Assembly: GCA_031430735.1 (NCBI GenBank)
Contig: JANPCB010000121.1
Span: forward strand, 4,869 to 68,868
DNA: 64,000 nt
Reading direction: 5' to 3'
Source of the DNA: Ferruginibacter sp.
GTDB lineage: Bacteria; Bacteroidota; Bacteroidia; Chitinophagales; Chitinophagaceae
Positions 45,378 through 59,584 of the stretch are shown in pieces (positions within the stretch are counted from its first letter, which is position 1; each line of letters starts with the position of its first letter). The notes under the pieces were generated by a model, which was not told the origin of the DNA, searched no databases, and worked only from the letters and a program-made list of their open reading frames with translations. A program made the translations under genes and the position numbers.

Positions 45378-47012
45378 ATGAAATTATCGTACCTGTTGGT
45401 CTTAATACAAACAACTTGTTTTCTTTATAACGCCAATGCAACAAATTATTACATCAATGCTTCGGTAGGAAATGATGCCAATAAAGGAACTACGCAAGGC
45501 CATGCATGGAAAACAATTTCACCAGCAACCAATATTCATTTAAAACCAGGCGATTCAATTTTGCTTGCTTCTGGTCAACATTTCACGGGGATGTTATCAT
45601 TGGTAAATGCTAAAGGTTTGTACAGGCATCCAATTGTAATTAGTAGCTATTCTTATAAACAAACTACAGCAAAACCTGTATTGGATGCAGGACAAAATCT
45701 ACATGCAATTTTAATTCAAAACGCATCATTTATTAAAATAGAAGGAATTGAAATAACAGGCGCATTGCCTTATAAAAGCAGCAGCATTTTACAAAAAGAA
45801 CAGATGCGTTGCGGGATTTTGGTTGAAGTAATACAAGACGATCTTTTTGAAGATATTCAAATAAAAGATGTGATGGTACACGATGTATATTACAATGCGC
45901 CCGGTTTTACACGTTCAGCAGAAGAAACAAAATCTGCCAATGGCACACAAAGCTATGGCTGGGGTATTCGTTTTATTAACAACAGCAAAAGTGGAGCGTT
46001 GCTAAACATAAAAGTTCTAAATGCTGTAATTTTTAATGTGAGTCATACCGGATTAAAATTTACCTGTAAGATGGATGCAATTAAAAATGTAGAAGTTGCA
46101 AATTGTAAAATATATAAAACTGGTGGGCCGGGTATGCAACTTTCCGGCGTTACAGACGGACATATTCACCACAACACAATTGATCATTCTGGATCTACTG
46201 CTGATAGCCGTAACTGGGGAAGAGGTAGTGGATTATGGACATGGAGCTGCAAGAATATTATCATTGAAAACAATCGGTTTGAAAATGCGAACGGCCCCGG
46301 CGATTCTGCCGGCATTCACATAGATTTTAATTGTAGCGATGTAGTTGTTCAATATAATTTTAGTGCAAATAACGCAGGCGGTTTTTGTGAAATTTTAGGT
46401 AACAATAATAATTGTGCATACCGGTATAATATCAGTGTAAATGACGGTTTCAGGGTAAAAGGAATGAACGGAGCTTTTCAGGAAGGAAAGGTTTTTTGGC
46501 TAAGCGGTTTTCAGGGAAATGAGAAAAAGAAGGCAGGTCCTTTTAACAGCTATTTCTACAATAACACAGTTTACGTTTCAAGTAATATTGTACCAAAAAT
46601 AGCGGTTAGCAGCAGCGCCGCAGGAGTACTTATTGCTAACAATATTTTCTATTTTGAAACAGCTGCTCAAATGGTTGCTGGTGATCAAAAAAAGCAGGAG
46701 ACTGATTTGAGTACAGCGAGCAATGTAGTATTTAGCAACAATCTTTTCTTAAGCCCAGAAAGCTGGCCTACTGATTTTGCAATAAAAGACAATTCTCCCA
46801 TTATTGGCGACCCTAATTTTAAAAATAAAGGTGGATTAAAATGGAAGGATTACTTACCCATCAATAAAAAAACAATACTTGATAAGGGTATCATTATTGA
46901 GCCCCTCCCCGGTGATAGCATTGGCTTGCGCATTGGTTTGAAAGTAACTCACGATATTGTAGGTAATAAAATTAATGGGCAACCTGATATAGGAGCCATT
47001 GAATTAAAATAA
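45378..47012 (+). CDS. Right-handed parallel beta-helix repeat protein (candidate polysaccharide lyase or hydrolase)
   Basis: Signal peptide present. NYYINASVGNDANKGTTQGHAWKTI is an N-terminal cap typical of beta-helix enzymes. Repeated short coils with N/H/G ladders follow (IHHNTIDHSG, IIENNRFENANGPGDSAGIHID). Confidence 0.65.
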   Translation: MKLSYLLVLIQTTCFLYNANATNYYINASVGNDANKGTTQGHAWKTISPATNIHLKPGDSILLASGQHFTGMLSLVNAKGLYRHPIVISSYSYKQTTAKPVLDAGQNLHAILIQNASFIKIEGIEITGALPYKSSSILQKEQMRCGILVEVIQDDLFEDIQIKDVMVHDVYYNAPGFTRSAEETKSANGTQSYGWGIRFINNSKSGALLNIKVLNAVIFNVSHTGLKFTCKMDAIKNVEVANCKIYKTGGPGMQLSGVTDGHIHHNTIDHSGSTADSRNWGRGSGLWTWSCKNIIIENNRFENANGPGDSAGIHIDFNCSDVVVQYNFSANNAGGFCEILGNNNNCAYRYNISVNDGFRVKGMNGAFQEGKVFWLSGFQGNEKKKAGPFNSYFYNNTVYVSSNIVPKIAVSSSAAGVLIANNIFYFETAAQMVAGDQKKQETDLSTASNVVFSNNLFLSPESWPTDFAIKDNSPIIGDPNFKNKGGLKWKDYLPINKKTILDKGIIIEPLPGDSIGLRIGLKVTHDIVGNKINGQPDIGAIELK

Positions 47013-47373
47013 ATCTTTTATCAAATAGCGAAATGATTATTCATTTTATATTTTAGTGGAATATTGTTATTCATATATTCGATTATAAAATTAAGTTTAA
47101 GAAATAAGTATCCAGTCGTTTGAACCATTTATACCGCTTTGTTGCATTATCTATTACCTAAAACATTCATTTAATATTTTAGATTTATAGATTAAATAAA
47201 CTTGTGCAAGCATTTTTATTTGCTACTTGTAATAAAGAGAATCTTTGGGGCTGAAATGTTACAAAAAAAATAACGTACTTTATAAAAATCCATCGTTTTT
47301 GACTAAATGAAAGAAATCAAAAAGATTAGGACGAATTTGAAAAAGTTTTAAAAGATTGCTTAATAAAAATAGT

Positions 47374-48813
47374 ATGAATCATTCGTATCTGCAAACAGGA
47401 GTTAAGTTCTTAATTCCAATTATATTTCTTATAAGCGTTTCTTCTTCGTTTACATACAACTATCAACATAAAAGTGAAAAAAAAGAAAAACCCAATGTCA
47501 TTGTTATTTTAACTGATGACCAAGGATATGGCGATGTAGGTTTTAATGGTTGTACCGATATTCCAACTCCTAACATTGATCGCATAGCAAAAAATGGTGT
47601 TGTTTTTAGAAACGCTTATGTGAGTTATTCTGTTTGTGCGCCTAGCAGAGCAGGGCTTATTACGGGGCGTTATCAAGATAGGTTTGGTTACAGTCGCAAT
47701 CCGTTATATAAACCTTTTGACCCACAAATTGGCGTTTCTCTTAATGAGCAAATGTTGCCGGACCTTTTGCAAAAATCTGGCTATAAAACGATGGCAATAG
47801 GGAAATGGCATTTAGGTGCGCATGAACAATTTCGTCCATGGAATAGAGGGTTCAATGAATTTTTTGGATTTCTTGGCGGCGGTCATCGGTACTTTCCAGA
47901 AGATTATACCAACCTACATCAGGATAGTGCAAAAGATGAAGCACAGAGTTATCGTACCAAAATCATCTTTAATAAAAAGGTAGTGGAAGAGTCAGAATAT
48001 TTAACGGATGCTTTTTCCAGAGAAGCTGTTTCGTTTATTGACAGAAACAAACAACAACCCTTTTTTCTGTACCTAGCTTACAATGCGCCTCATGCACCTT
48101 TGCAGGCTAGTCAAAAATACCTGGATCGCTTTACACAAATAAAAGATCCGAGGCGTAAAACCTATGCTGCAATGGTGAGTGCAGTAGATGATGGTGTGGG
48201 AGCTGTATTGGATAAACTACAACAATTAAATCTTACAGAAAATACAATTGTAATTTTTCTTTCCGATAATGGCGGACCAGAAAAAGACAACGCCAGTGAC
48301 AATGGTGCGCTGAGAGGTGGAAAAGGAAGTTTGTTTGAAGGTGGCATAAGAGTGCCTTTTGCCATACAATGGCCAAGACAAATTAGTGCAGGTATAGAAT
48401 ACCAGCAACCAATTATTTCGTTGGATATTTTTGCAACGGTTGCGGCAAATGTAGAAGGATCGGCTAAACCTAAGAATGCATTGGATGGTGTAGATCTGTT
48501 ACCATATTTAAAAGGAATAAAAAAAGATTCGCCGCATGCGTTTCTTTTCTGGCGTCAATACGATCAAAAAAATTATGCGGTAATTCATCAGTCTGGCTTT
48601 AAGGAAATGATTTTGAAAGACAGCAATGTAAGTATGTACAATTTAAAAATGGAAATAGGAGAACAAACAAATGTAGCCGAAAAAAATAATTCCTTATTAC
48701 AGCAAATGGAACAACAACGAAAAAAATGGGAAGCTAATACAATACAGCCAGCTTTTTTGGGATTAAACCAGGCAGATGAATACAATGCTGACAATAAATC
48801 AAAACCTAAATAA
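47374..48813 (+). CDS. Family S1 sulfatase (Cys-type)
   Basis: PNVIVILTDDQGYGD and the formylglycine motif SVCAPSRAGLITGR, plus GKWHLG and FLSDNGG. Confidence 0.9.
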   Translation: MNHSYLQTGVKFLIPIIFLISVSSSFTYNYQHKSEKKEKPNVIVILTDDQGYGDVGFNGCTDIPTPNIDRIAKNGVVFRNAYVSYSVCAPSRAGLITGRYQDRFGYSRNPLYKPFDPQIGVSLNEQMLPDLLQKSGYKTMAIGKWHLGAHEQFRPWNRGFNEFFGFLGGGHRYFPEDYTNLHQDSAKDEAQSYRTKIIFNKKVVEESEYLTDAFSREAVSFIDRNKQQPFFLYLAYNAPHAPLQASQKYLDRFTQIKDPRRKTYAAMVSAVDDGVGAVLDKLQQLNLTENTIVIFLSDNGGPEKDNASDNGALRGGKGSLFEGGIRVPFAIQWPRQISAGIEYQQPIISLDIFATVAANVEGSAKPKNALDGVDLLPYLKGIKKDSPHAFLFWRQYDQKNYAVIHQSGFKEMILKDSNVSMYNLKMEIGEQTNVAEKNNSLLQQMEQQRKKWEANTIQPAFLGLNQADEYNADNKSKPK

Positions 48814-48873
48814 CCAGCAGGTAATAATGATTCTTTTATAGCGCTAAAAAAAAAGTATTAATTTTTATTTTTG

Positions 48874-50319
48874 ATGAAAACAAAAGGCACAATCTATCAG
48901 ATTATTATTGGAGCATGTTTTCTGTTGCTCTGCAGTGCTGTTGTATTGTTTAACACGGCTTTCAAAAAACCTACTAAAAACTCAAATCCTAACATCATTG
49001 TAATTCTGGTGGACGATGCCGGGTATGCCGACTTTGGTTTTATGGGCTCTAAAGATTTGCAAACACCCAATATTGACAGGCTGGCTGCACAGTCGGTTAG
49101 GTTTACTGACGGTCATGTATCGGCAACTGTTTGCAGTCCATCAAGAGCAGGATTATTGACTGGGAAATACCAGCAACGTTTTGGCTATGAGTGCAACGAA
49201 GGCGATGGATACACAGGTATGGATACATTGCAAACTATTCTTCCGAAAATGTTACTACAACAAGGTTATACAACAGCTGCTTTTGGCAAGTGGCATCTTG
49301 GTTTTGAAAAAAGCCAACAACCATTACAAAAAGGGTTTCAATATTATTATGGATTTTTAAGTGGTGGGAGAAGTTATTTTTATCGCCCGGATAAAGACGA
49401 CCGAACCGATGCAAAAACAGCGCTGCATGAAAATAATATGCAGGTGAAATTTGACGGTTATCTTACTGATGTATTGGGAGATAAAGCTGTGGATTATATC
49501 AGGCAAAATAACAAGCAACCTTTCTTTATGTATTGGGCTCCAAATGCCGTGCACACGCCCATGGAGGCAAGCAAAGAAGACATGGAAAAGTTTGTCGGAC
49601 ATCCACGACAAAAACTTGCTGCTATGACTTTTGCATTAGATAGAGCTGTAGGAAAAATTGTAGATGAGCTAAAAAAGCAAGGCTTATTTGAGAATACATT
49701 GATTTTCTTTTTAAGTGATAATGGCGGTGCGCACAATAACCAGTCAAGCAATTTACCATTAAAGGGTTTTAAAGGAAATAAATTTGAAGCTGGCCACAGA
49801 ATTCCTTTTTTTATTAGCTGGCCAAAAAAAATTACTAATGGAAAAACCTTTTCCGGACTAAGTTCGTCACTTGATATTTTCCCAACTGCGTTGGATGCAG
49901 CTGGTATTAATGTAACAAAATCTAATGATCTTGATGGCATTGGTTTATTGCCTTTTTTAAAAGGAACAAAAAAAGGAAATCCTCACCAGGAATTGGTTTG
50001 GAGAAAAGATGCTGTTGCTGCCATTCGATTTAACCATTATAAATTAATTCGAGTTAGCGGATTGGGAGAACGGTTGTACGACCTTAGCAATGATTTAGGA
50101 GAAACAAAAGATATACAGGTTACAAAACCAGAAACATTTTCAATCTTAAAACAAAAATTGTTGAACTGGGAACAAGATAAGATGAAACCGCTTTGGAGAG
50201 AAGGAGTTGATTGGGATACCATTACCTTAATGATTCACGATGATATGATGCGTAACCAAAAAGCGAGGGTCCGTAATCCGGAGGAATTACAAAAATTTCG
50301 TTTACAAAATAAACACTGA
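48874..50319 (+). CDS. Family S1 sulfatase (Cys-type), paralog of the previous gene
   Basis: PNIIVILVDDAGYADFG, TVCSPSRAGLLTGK, GKWHLG and FLSDNGG. Confidence 0.9.
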   Translation: MKTKGTIYQIIIGACFLLLCSAVVLFNTAFKKPTKNSNPNIIVILVDDAGYADFGFMGSKDLQTPNIDRLAAQSVRFTDGHVSATVCSPSRAGLLTGKYQQRFGYECNEGDGYTGMDTLQTILPKMLLQQGYTTAAFGKWHLGFEKSQQPLQKGFQYYYGFLSGGRSYFYRPDKDDRTDAKTALHENNMQVKFDGYLTDVLGDKAVDYIRQNNKQPFFMYWAPNAVHTPMEASKEDMEKFVGHPRQKLAAMTFALDRAVGKIVDELKKQGLFENTLIFFLSDNGGAHNNQSSNLPLKGFKGNKFEAGHRIPFFISWPKKITNGKTFSGLSSSLDIFPTALDAAGINVTKSNDLDGIGLLPFLKGTKKGNPHQELVWRKDAVAAIRFNHYKLIRVSGLGERLYDLSNDLGETKDIQVTKPETFSILKQKLLNWEQDKMKPLWREGVDWDTITLMIHDDMMRNQKARVRNPEELQKFRLQNKH

Positions 50320-50555
50320 TAACCCTACATATAAGCAATTATTTATGTTTAAAAAGCCAAAGACTTATAACGATAAAGCGAATGAAAAAAACCTGAACGT
50401 AAAAATAATACTGATTTATCTTTTATTGGTTATTTTTTTTATTTCAATCATTATTTTATTATAATTTGTTATATTATGAGCAAGTAATATAATTTCATTT
50501 AACACTTAATTTCGCTACATTGTAAACTGGTATAATTTAAATAATTTAGAAAATC

Positions 50556-53500
50556 TTGTTTACCGAATTTAAAAAATACTTTTTCTTTTTATTGCTTCTG
50601 GCTGCTTTTTCTACAAGTTCTGCCCAGCTTACAAATTCGTTCATAAATATCTCTGACGAGCTGGTGAATAATGAAGTTACGTCCATCATTCAAGATAAAA
50701 ATGGATTCGTTTGGTTTGGAACAAGGGGAGGCTTACAGCGCTTTGATGGATATGAAATGAAACTTCTCAAAAGTGATTTTGGGAAGGGAGATAATCTATT
50801 GAGTCAATCTATTGAAGTACTTCAAAATGGCAAACAAAATAATATTTGGATAGGCACAAAATCCGGTGGACTCAGCAGCTTTGATTTTAAAACCGGTACT
50901 GTTTCCAATTACCAAAATAATAACCAAAACGCCACTCAATTTAATGCTGATTATATTCTATCTCTTTTTGATACTGATGGTGAAAAACTATTTATTGGTA
51001 CCTGGAAGGGTTTTCAATACCTGAATAAAAGAACAGGACAATTCACCATTCTAAATGGTACCTGGCGAACGTTTGATATCCAGTCCGACGGAGAAAACGG
51101 ATATTGGCTTGCTACCAGCAGTGGGTTACGTCATTTAAATAATAATTTAGTAAACGATGTCACCTACAATTTTGGATTCCCTGAAATTAATATTACATCA
51201 ATTGTAAAAGATGTAAAACGCAATTGTTTGTGGTTGGGCACATGGCAACAAGGAATGTATCAATTTAATTTAACCACAAAAGAAATTAAAAATTTTAAAC
51301 ACAAAATTAATGATAAGACAAGCCTAAGTTCAAACAACACATACCGTATTTTGTTGGATTCCGATGGTACATTATGGGTTGGTACATGGGGTGGTGGTTT
51401 AAACAGATATAATGTCTTAACGGAATCTTTTGAGCAAATACCTTTAAATGTGCCTGGACTTTACACACAGGATAATCAAATCATTCTTACCATGCAGGAA
51501 GATCCGTCTGGTTTGTTGTGGGTGGGTACCGACGGTGCAGGTGTTTTTAAAAGTGACCTTAATCAAAAAAAGTTTATAAATATTGGCTATAAAAATAATG
51601 CCGTTACTATTTTAGGTAGTACCCATGTACTGTCTGTTTTTGTAGATAAATTTAACAAACTCTGGCTGGGAACAAAAGGTGGGGGCATTCAGTATTCTGC
51701 TAGCTGGGAGCAATTTAGTAAGCTTGATATAGATAATAAGAAATATGCAAATAATGGATCTTCTTTACCGGAAAGCAGGACCTTTCTGGCAGTCGGTAAT
51801 GATCTTTGGGCGGGCACAGTTAAAGGGCTCGTGCGCATATTAAATACTCAATCCGGTGTGGGTAACTATGATATTTTTTTACCCAATACAAAAGATTCGA
51901 ACGCCATAAGTGGTGTAAAAATTAATGCACTAGCAAAAGACTCCTCCGGTATAATATGGATTGGCACACAAGAGAATGGGTTGAACAGTATTACTGGTTT
52001 CACTAAAAGCAATAGACCGATATTTAAAAAATATTTACCTGCTTTTGGGGTTGCAGGGGCATTGCAAAATGAAAGGGTTAGTTGTTTATTGGTAGATACT
52101 AAAAAAAGGCTTTGGGTAGGTACTTATAAGGGTTTACACTTATACCAACCTGCTACAGATAAGTTTCAGGTTTTTAGCCAGACAGGAGAAGTAAATAATA
52201 GTATTAGTAACAACACAATCCTTTGCCTGGCAGAAGATAAATTTGGTAATATTTGGGCAGGTACGCAATACGGATTAAATAAAATTTCAGGTATAGTCGG
52301 CAATAAATTGATTGTTACAAATTGCACATCAAAAGAGGGACTTCCCAGTGATTATATTCATGCTATCATTCCCGACAGTATAGGATCAATTTGGGCTAGC
52401 ACCAATAGAGGCATTATAAGGTTAAATCAAACAAATGGTTCATTTGAAGTATTTGACAAACGAGACGGAATTCAATCGCTGGTTTTTTCTGAAAATGCCT
52501 CCTTCAAAGATGCAAACGGACGATTTTTTTTTGGAGGGCTGGAAGGCTTGACATATTTTATGCCCGGTAATATAAAAATAAACCAGTTTAAGCCACCAAT
52601 CTACTTTACCAATTTAAGGGTAAATAATAATCTCTACGAATACCGTAAAGGTGAGCAGGATAGCAATATACTTAAAAAGCCATTTTATGAAACCGAGGAA
52701 ATAACGCTCAGTCATAAAGAAAACATATTTTCAATAGAGTTTGCAGCACTTGACTATCATGCACCAGATAAAAATGAGTACATGTATAAGCTGGAAGGAT
52801 TTAATAAAGAATGGGTATACGCAGGAAATAATAGGCTAGCTTCTTTTACGAATCTGCGACCTGGTACCTACTATTTAAAAGTTAAAGCTACCAATAGCGA
52901 TAAAATTTGGAATCCCAATGTGCATCAATTGCGCATAAATATTTTGCCGCCGCCATGGAAAACTTGGTGGGCTTATTCAATTTACATTGCGCTTTTTATA
53001 TTTCTTTTATGGGTCACCCGCTATTTTGGCTTGCGACAGGCAGCACTAAAAAATCAGCTGGAAATTACAAAATTTGGTAGACAGCAGGAGAATAAACTAG
53101 CCGATTTTAAACAGCGATTATTTACAAATATATCTCATGAATTCCGAACGCCGTTGACACTAATTTTAGGACCTGTAGATGACCTGCTGCAAAGAAAAAA
53201 AATGGAATTTCCGGTGGAAAAAAGTCTTAAAATGGTTCAAAAGCAATCCAAACGGATGTTGCGCATGGTAAACCAATTATTAGATTTTCAAAAAGCGGAG
53301 GCAGGTAGTTTAAGGCTTACACCCCAGCATGGTGAAATGGTTTCTTTTTGTTTTGACATATACAGTTTGTTTACAGATGAGGCCAATAGAAAAAATATAG
53401 ATTATTCTTTTGAATCAAATGAAAAATATATTTCATTTCAATTTGATCAGCATAAACTGGAAATTATAGTATTTAACATTTTATCCAACGCATTTAAGTT

Positions 53501-54650
53501 CACCCCAAAAGGTGGAACAATTAATGTAACCATTAAAAAAAATAAGGATCAATATTGCGAAATTTCCGTGGCTGATTCCGGCTGTGGAATTCCATCAAAT
53601 GAGTTAGATCAAATTTTCGATAGATTTTATCGTGGAAAAGAAACGGATGCAACCAATATCTCTGGAACCGGAATTGGGCTTTCGTTTGTAAAAGAACTTA
53701 CAGAACTACATGGTGGAACAATTAAGGCAGCGAACAATGCTGTAAAAGGCTGTATATTTATTGTTACCTTGCCACCCATTGAAGTTTTACAAACAGCAAT
53801 GAATATTTCACCAGAACCAATATTTAATATAATTCAAAAAGTAGAACCAATGTTAAATTCAACAGATATGCAAGATGAAAATGAACTGATCACTCCCGAG
53901 CAGGATCTACCCATTATTCTTGTAGTGGACGATGAATCTGATATACAGGAATACATTAGTGATTTATTATCTCCATCTTTTAATGTAATTACTGCCTCTA
54001 ACGGTAAAGAGGGTCTGGAGAAAGCATTTGAAACTATTCCAGATTTGATTATAAGTGATATAATGATGCCCGAAATGGACGGCATTGAGCTATGCCGAAA
54101 ATTAAAATCTGATAAGGGTACGTCGCATATTCCCATAATACTGCTTACTGCTTTAACTGATATATCTCATCATGTTCAAGGTATTAAGGAAGGTGCCGAT
54201 GTTTATTTACCAAAGCCTTTTAACTCTCAACTTTTATTGGTACACATACATAATCTGATAAACTTAAGAAATACATTAAAGGATTTGTATGCTAAGAGAA
54301 TTTTGCTCGGCTCAGGTAGTTTTGAGATAAAGACATTTGAGGAAGAGTTTCTATTTAAGCTGATGAAGCTTGTTGAAGAAAATATTTCGAACAGTAATTT
54401 TCACAACGATGAATTAGCAAATCTAATGTTTATGAGCAGGTCTACTTTTTACAGAAAATTAAAGGCTGTTACCGGAATGTCAGGCAACGAATTTATAAGA
54501 ACCGCCCGTTTAAACTATGCAGCCAAATTATTAAAAAGCGGCAATTATGCCGTAACAGAGGCAGCGTACGAATCTGGTTTCAATGATATAAAATATTTTA
54601 GAAAACGATTTCAAGATCAATTTGGTGTTAATCCATCTGACTATAAATAG
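50556..54650 (+). CDS. Hybrid two-component system regulator (periplasmic beta-propeller/Y_Y_Y sensor, HisKA, HATPase, REC, AraC HTH)
   Basis: Repeated W.GT..G propeller blades, a TM segment, the H-box FTNISHEFRTPLT, GTGIGLSFVKEL, the receiver ILVVDDESD...DLIISDIMMPEMDG, and a C-terminal AraC HTH (STFYRKLK...FNDIKYFRKRFQDQFG). The start is TTG at 50556. Confidence 0.9.
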   Translation: MFTEFKKYFFFLLLLAAFSTSSAQLTNSFINISDELVNNEVTSIIQDKNGFVWFGTRGGLQRFDGYEMKLLKSDFGKGDNLLSQSIEVLQNGKQNNIWIGTKSGGLSSFDFKTGTVSNYQNNNQNATQFNADYILSLFDTDGEKLFIGTWKGFQYLNKRTGQFTILNGTWRTFDIQSDGENGYWLATSSGLRHLNNNLVNDVTYNFGFPEINITSIVKDVKRNCLWLGTWQQGMYQFNLTTKEIKNFKHKINDKTSLSSNNTYRILLDSDGTLWVGTWGGGLNRYNVLTESFEQIPLNVPGLYTQDNQIILTMQEDPSGLLWVGTDGAGVFKSDLNQKKFINIGYKNNAVTILGSTHVLSVFVDKFNKLWLGTKGGGIQYSASWEQFSKLDIDNKKYANNGSSLPESRTFLAVGNDLWAGTVKGLVRILNTQSGVGNYDIFLPNTKDSNAISGVKINALAKDSSGIIWIGTQENGLNSITGFTKSNRPIFKKYLPAFGVAGALQNERVSCLLVDTKKRLWVGTYKGLHLYQPATDKFQVFSQTGEVNNSISNNTILCLAEDKFGNIWAGTQYGLNKISGIVGNKLIVTNCTSKEGLPSDYIHAIIPDSIGSIWASTNRGIIRLNQTNGSFEVFDKRDGIQSLVFSENASFKDANGRFFFGGLEGLTYFMPGNIKINQFKPPIYFTNLRVNNNLYEYRKGEQDSNILKKPFYETEEITLSHKENIFSIEFAALDYHAPDKNEYMYKLEGFNKEWVYAGNNRLASFTNLRPGTYYLKVKATNSDKIWNPNVHQLRINILPPPWKTWWAYSIYIALFIFLLWVTRYFGLRQAALKNQLEITKFGRQQENKLADFKQRLFTNISHEFRTPLTLILGPVDDLLQRKKMEFPVEKSLKMVQKQSKRMLRMVNQLLDFQKAEAGSLRLTPQHGEMVSFCFDIYSLFTDEANRKNIDYSFESNEKYISFQFDQHKLEIIVFNILSNAFKFTPKGGTINVTIKKNKDQYCEISVADSGCGIPSNELDQIFDRFYRGKETDATNISGTGIGLSFVKELTELHGGTIKAANNAVKGCIFIVTLPPIEVLQTAMNISPEPIFNIIQKVEPMLNSTDMQDENELITPEQDLPIILVVDDESDIQEYISDLLSPSFNVITASNGKEGLEKAFETIPDLIISDIMMPEMDGIELCRKLKSDKGTSHIPIILLTALTDISHHVQGIKEGADVYLPKPFNSQLLLVHIHNLINLRNTLKDLYAKRILLGSGSFEIKTFEEEFLFKLMKLVEENISNSNFHNDELANLMFMSRSTFYRKLKAVTGMSGNEFIRTARLNYAAKLLKSGNYAVTEAAYESGFNDIKYFRKRFQDQFGVNPSDYK

Positions 54651-54836
54651 TATGGTTTTTTGATTTTAAGCTTTTAAGCCTGTTTATTTTTTGAGGGAAT
54701 GCTTCACCTGCCCCCCCATTTTGACATAAAAAATTATTCCATTTATGATAATTTAGCTTTCGGTTTATACTGCCGAAACGAATTGCTCCAGTCATTCTTT
54801 CCAAATAATTTGGAGGCGAATTTGTTTTACACATAA

Positions 54837-58004
<3,168 letters not shown>

Positions 58005-58013
58005 AAAAAGAAC

Positions 58014-59555
58014 ATGAAAAACACCCTTAATCATTTTTTGTTAGTGATAGTTGCTATGATCACTTTTATGACTGCTTATGGGCAATCAGATAAAAAAAGC
58101 AAACCAAATATTATTTTAATTTATACAGATGATCTTGGTTATGGTGATTTAAGTTGTTACGGTACTTCAGCTATTGCAACACCTAACATTGATAAACTTG
58201 CAAAAAATGGTGTACGATTTACAAATGCACATGCAACTTCAGCTACCTGCACACCGTCTCGTTTTTCGTTGCTCACAGGTAAGTATGCGTGGCGTAAAGA
58301 GGGCACCGGTATTGCACCTGGAGATGCATCATTAATTATTCCTGTTGCTACACCTACATTACCCGGCATGTTGCAAAAAGCCGGTTATAATACAGCTGTT
58401 ATCGGTAAATGGCATCTTGGCCTTGGAGATGCAAAAGGGGCCGATTGGAATGGAAATATATCACCTGGTCCATTAGAGATTGGTTTCAATTATAGTTTCT
58501 TAATTCCTGCCACCGGCGATAGAGTGCCATGTGTTTTTGTAGAAAATCATCAGGTTGTTAACCTCGATAAAAATGATCCGATAACAGTAAGTTATAAAGG
58601 GCCAATTGATTTAAATGCACCAACCGGAAAAAAAAATCCTGAACTGTTAAAAATGCAACCTTCTCACACACATGATAATACGATTGTGAATGGAGTAAGT
58701 CGCATTGGTTTTATGACGGGTGGTAAGGCTGCATTGTGGCGAGACGAAGACTTTGCTGATATTTTAGTTCGCAAAGCTGGGGACTACATTAAACAACAAA
58801 AATCAAATCCATTTTTTTTATATTTCTCTACCCATGATATTCATGTACCACGTTTGCCCAATGAACGCTTTATTGGCAAAAGTGGAATGGGACCACGAGG
58901 TGATGCCTTGTTGCAGCTAGATTGGACAGTGGGCGAAATAACTTCTTGTTTAAAAAAGAATGGGTTGTTGGAGAAAACACTTATTATTTTTACAAGTGAC
59001 AACGGGCAAGTAATTGATGATGGATACAAAGATGATGCGGTAGAAAAATTGGGTAAGCATAAACCTGGTGGTATCTACCGTGGAGGCAAGTACAGTGCTT
59101 TTGAAGGAGGTACAAGAGTTCCGTTTCTGGTGAGCTGGAAAGGGAAAATTAAAAAAAGTAAAATCAACAATGCACTTTTTAGCCAAGTTGATTTGTATGC
59201 TTCACTTGCAGAGCTTGCAGGTGTTGTGATAGAACAAGGCCAGGCACCGGATAGTAAGAATCAGCTGGCTGTATTGCTAAACAAAAATAGCATTTCAAGG
59301 GAGTTTCTTATTGAGCAATCTTTGAACTCCACTCTTTCATTTATTCAGGGAAACTTTAAATATATTGAACCATCCAAGGGACCAAAAATGAATAAGGATA
59401 CCAATATTGAATTAGGAAATCTTTCTGAATCGCAATTGTATAATTTAGCCGATGATCCTGGTGAAACAAAAAATTTAGCTCCAATGTATCCGGAAAAAAT
59501 AATAGAAATGAAAGCTATGCTGGATAAAATAAAACAAAACAATTCTGGAAAATAA
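58014..59555 (+). CDS. Family S1 sulfatase (Cys-type)
   Basis: PNIILIYTDDLGYGD, ATCTPSRFSLLTGKY, GKWHLG and FTSDNG. Confidence 0.9.
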   Translation: MKNTLNHFLLVIVAMITFMTAYGQSDKKSKPNIILIYTDDLGYGDLSCYGTSAIATPNIDKLAKNGVRFTNAHATSATCTPSRFSLLTGKYAWRKEGTGIAPGDASLIIPVATPTLPGMLQKAGYNTAVIGKWHLGLGDAKGADWNGNISPGPLEIGFNYSFLIPATGDRVPCVFVENHQVVNLDKNDPITVSYKGPIDLNAPTGKKNPELLKMQPSHTHDNTIVNGVSRIGFMTGGKAALWRDEDFADILVRKAGDYIKQQKSNPFFLYFSTHDIHVPRLPNERFIGKSGMGPRGDALLQLDWTVGEITSCLKKNGLLEKTLIIFTSDNGQVIDDGYKDDAVEKLGKHKPGGIYRGGKYSAFEGGTRVPFLVSWKGKIKKSKINNALFSQVDLYASLAELAGVVIEQGQAPDSKNQLAVLLNKNSISREFLIEQSLNSTLSFIQGNFKYIEPSKGPKMNKDTNIELGNLSESQLYNLADDPGETKNLAPMYPEKIIEMKAMLDKIKQNNSGK

Positions 59556-59584
59556 TTTCTTATGTTTTTAAAAAATACATCATC

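Noticed and set aside
54701-54717. gcttcacctgccccccc resembles the reverse complement of the family-B tail (gacctcatcccgcccc).
   Set aside because: Only the ~14-nt tail is similar, with several mismatches, and the hairpin part is absent. This is too short to distinguish from chance, though it could be a decayed copy.
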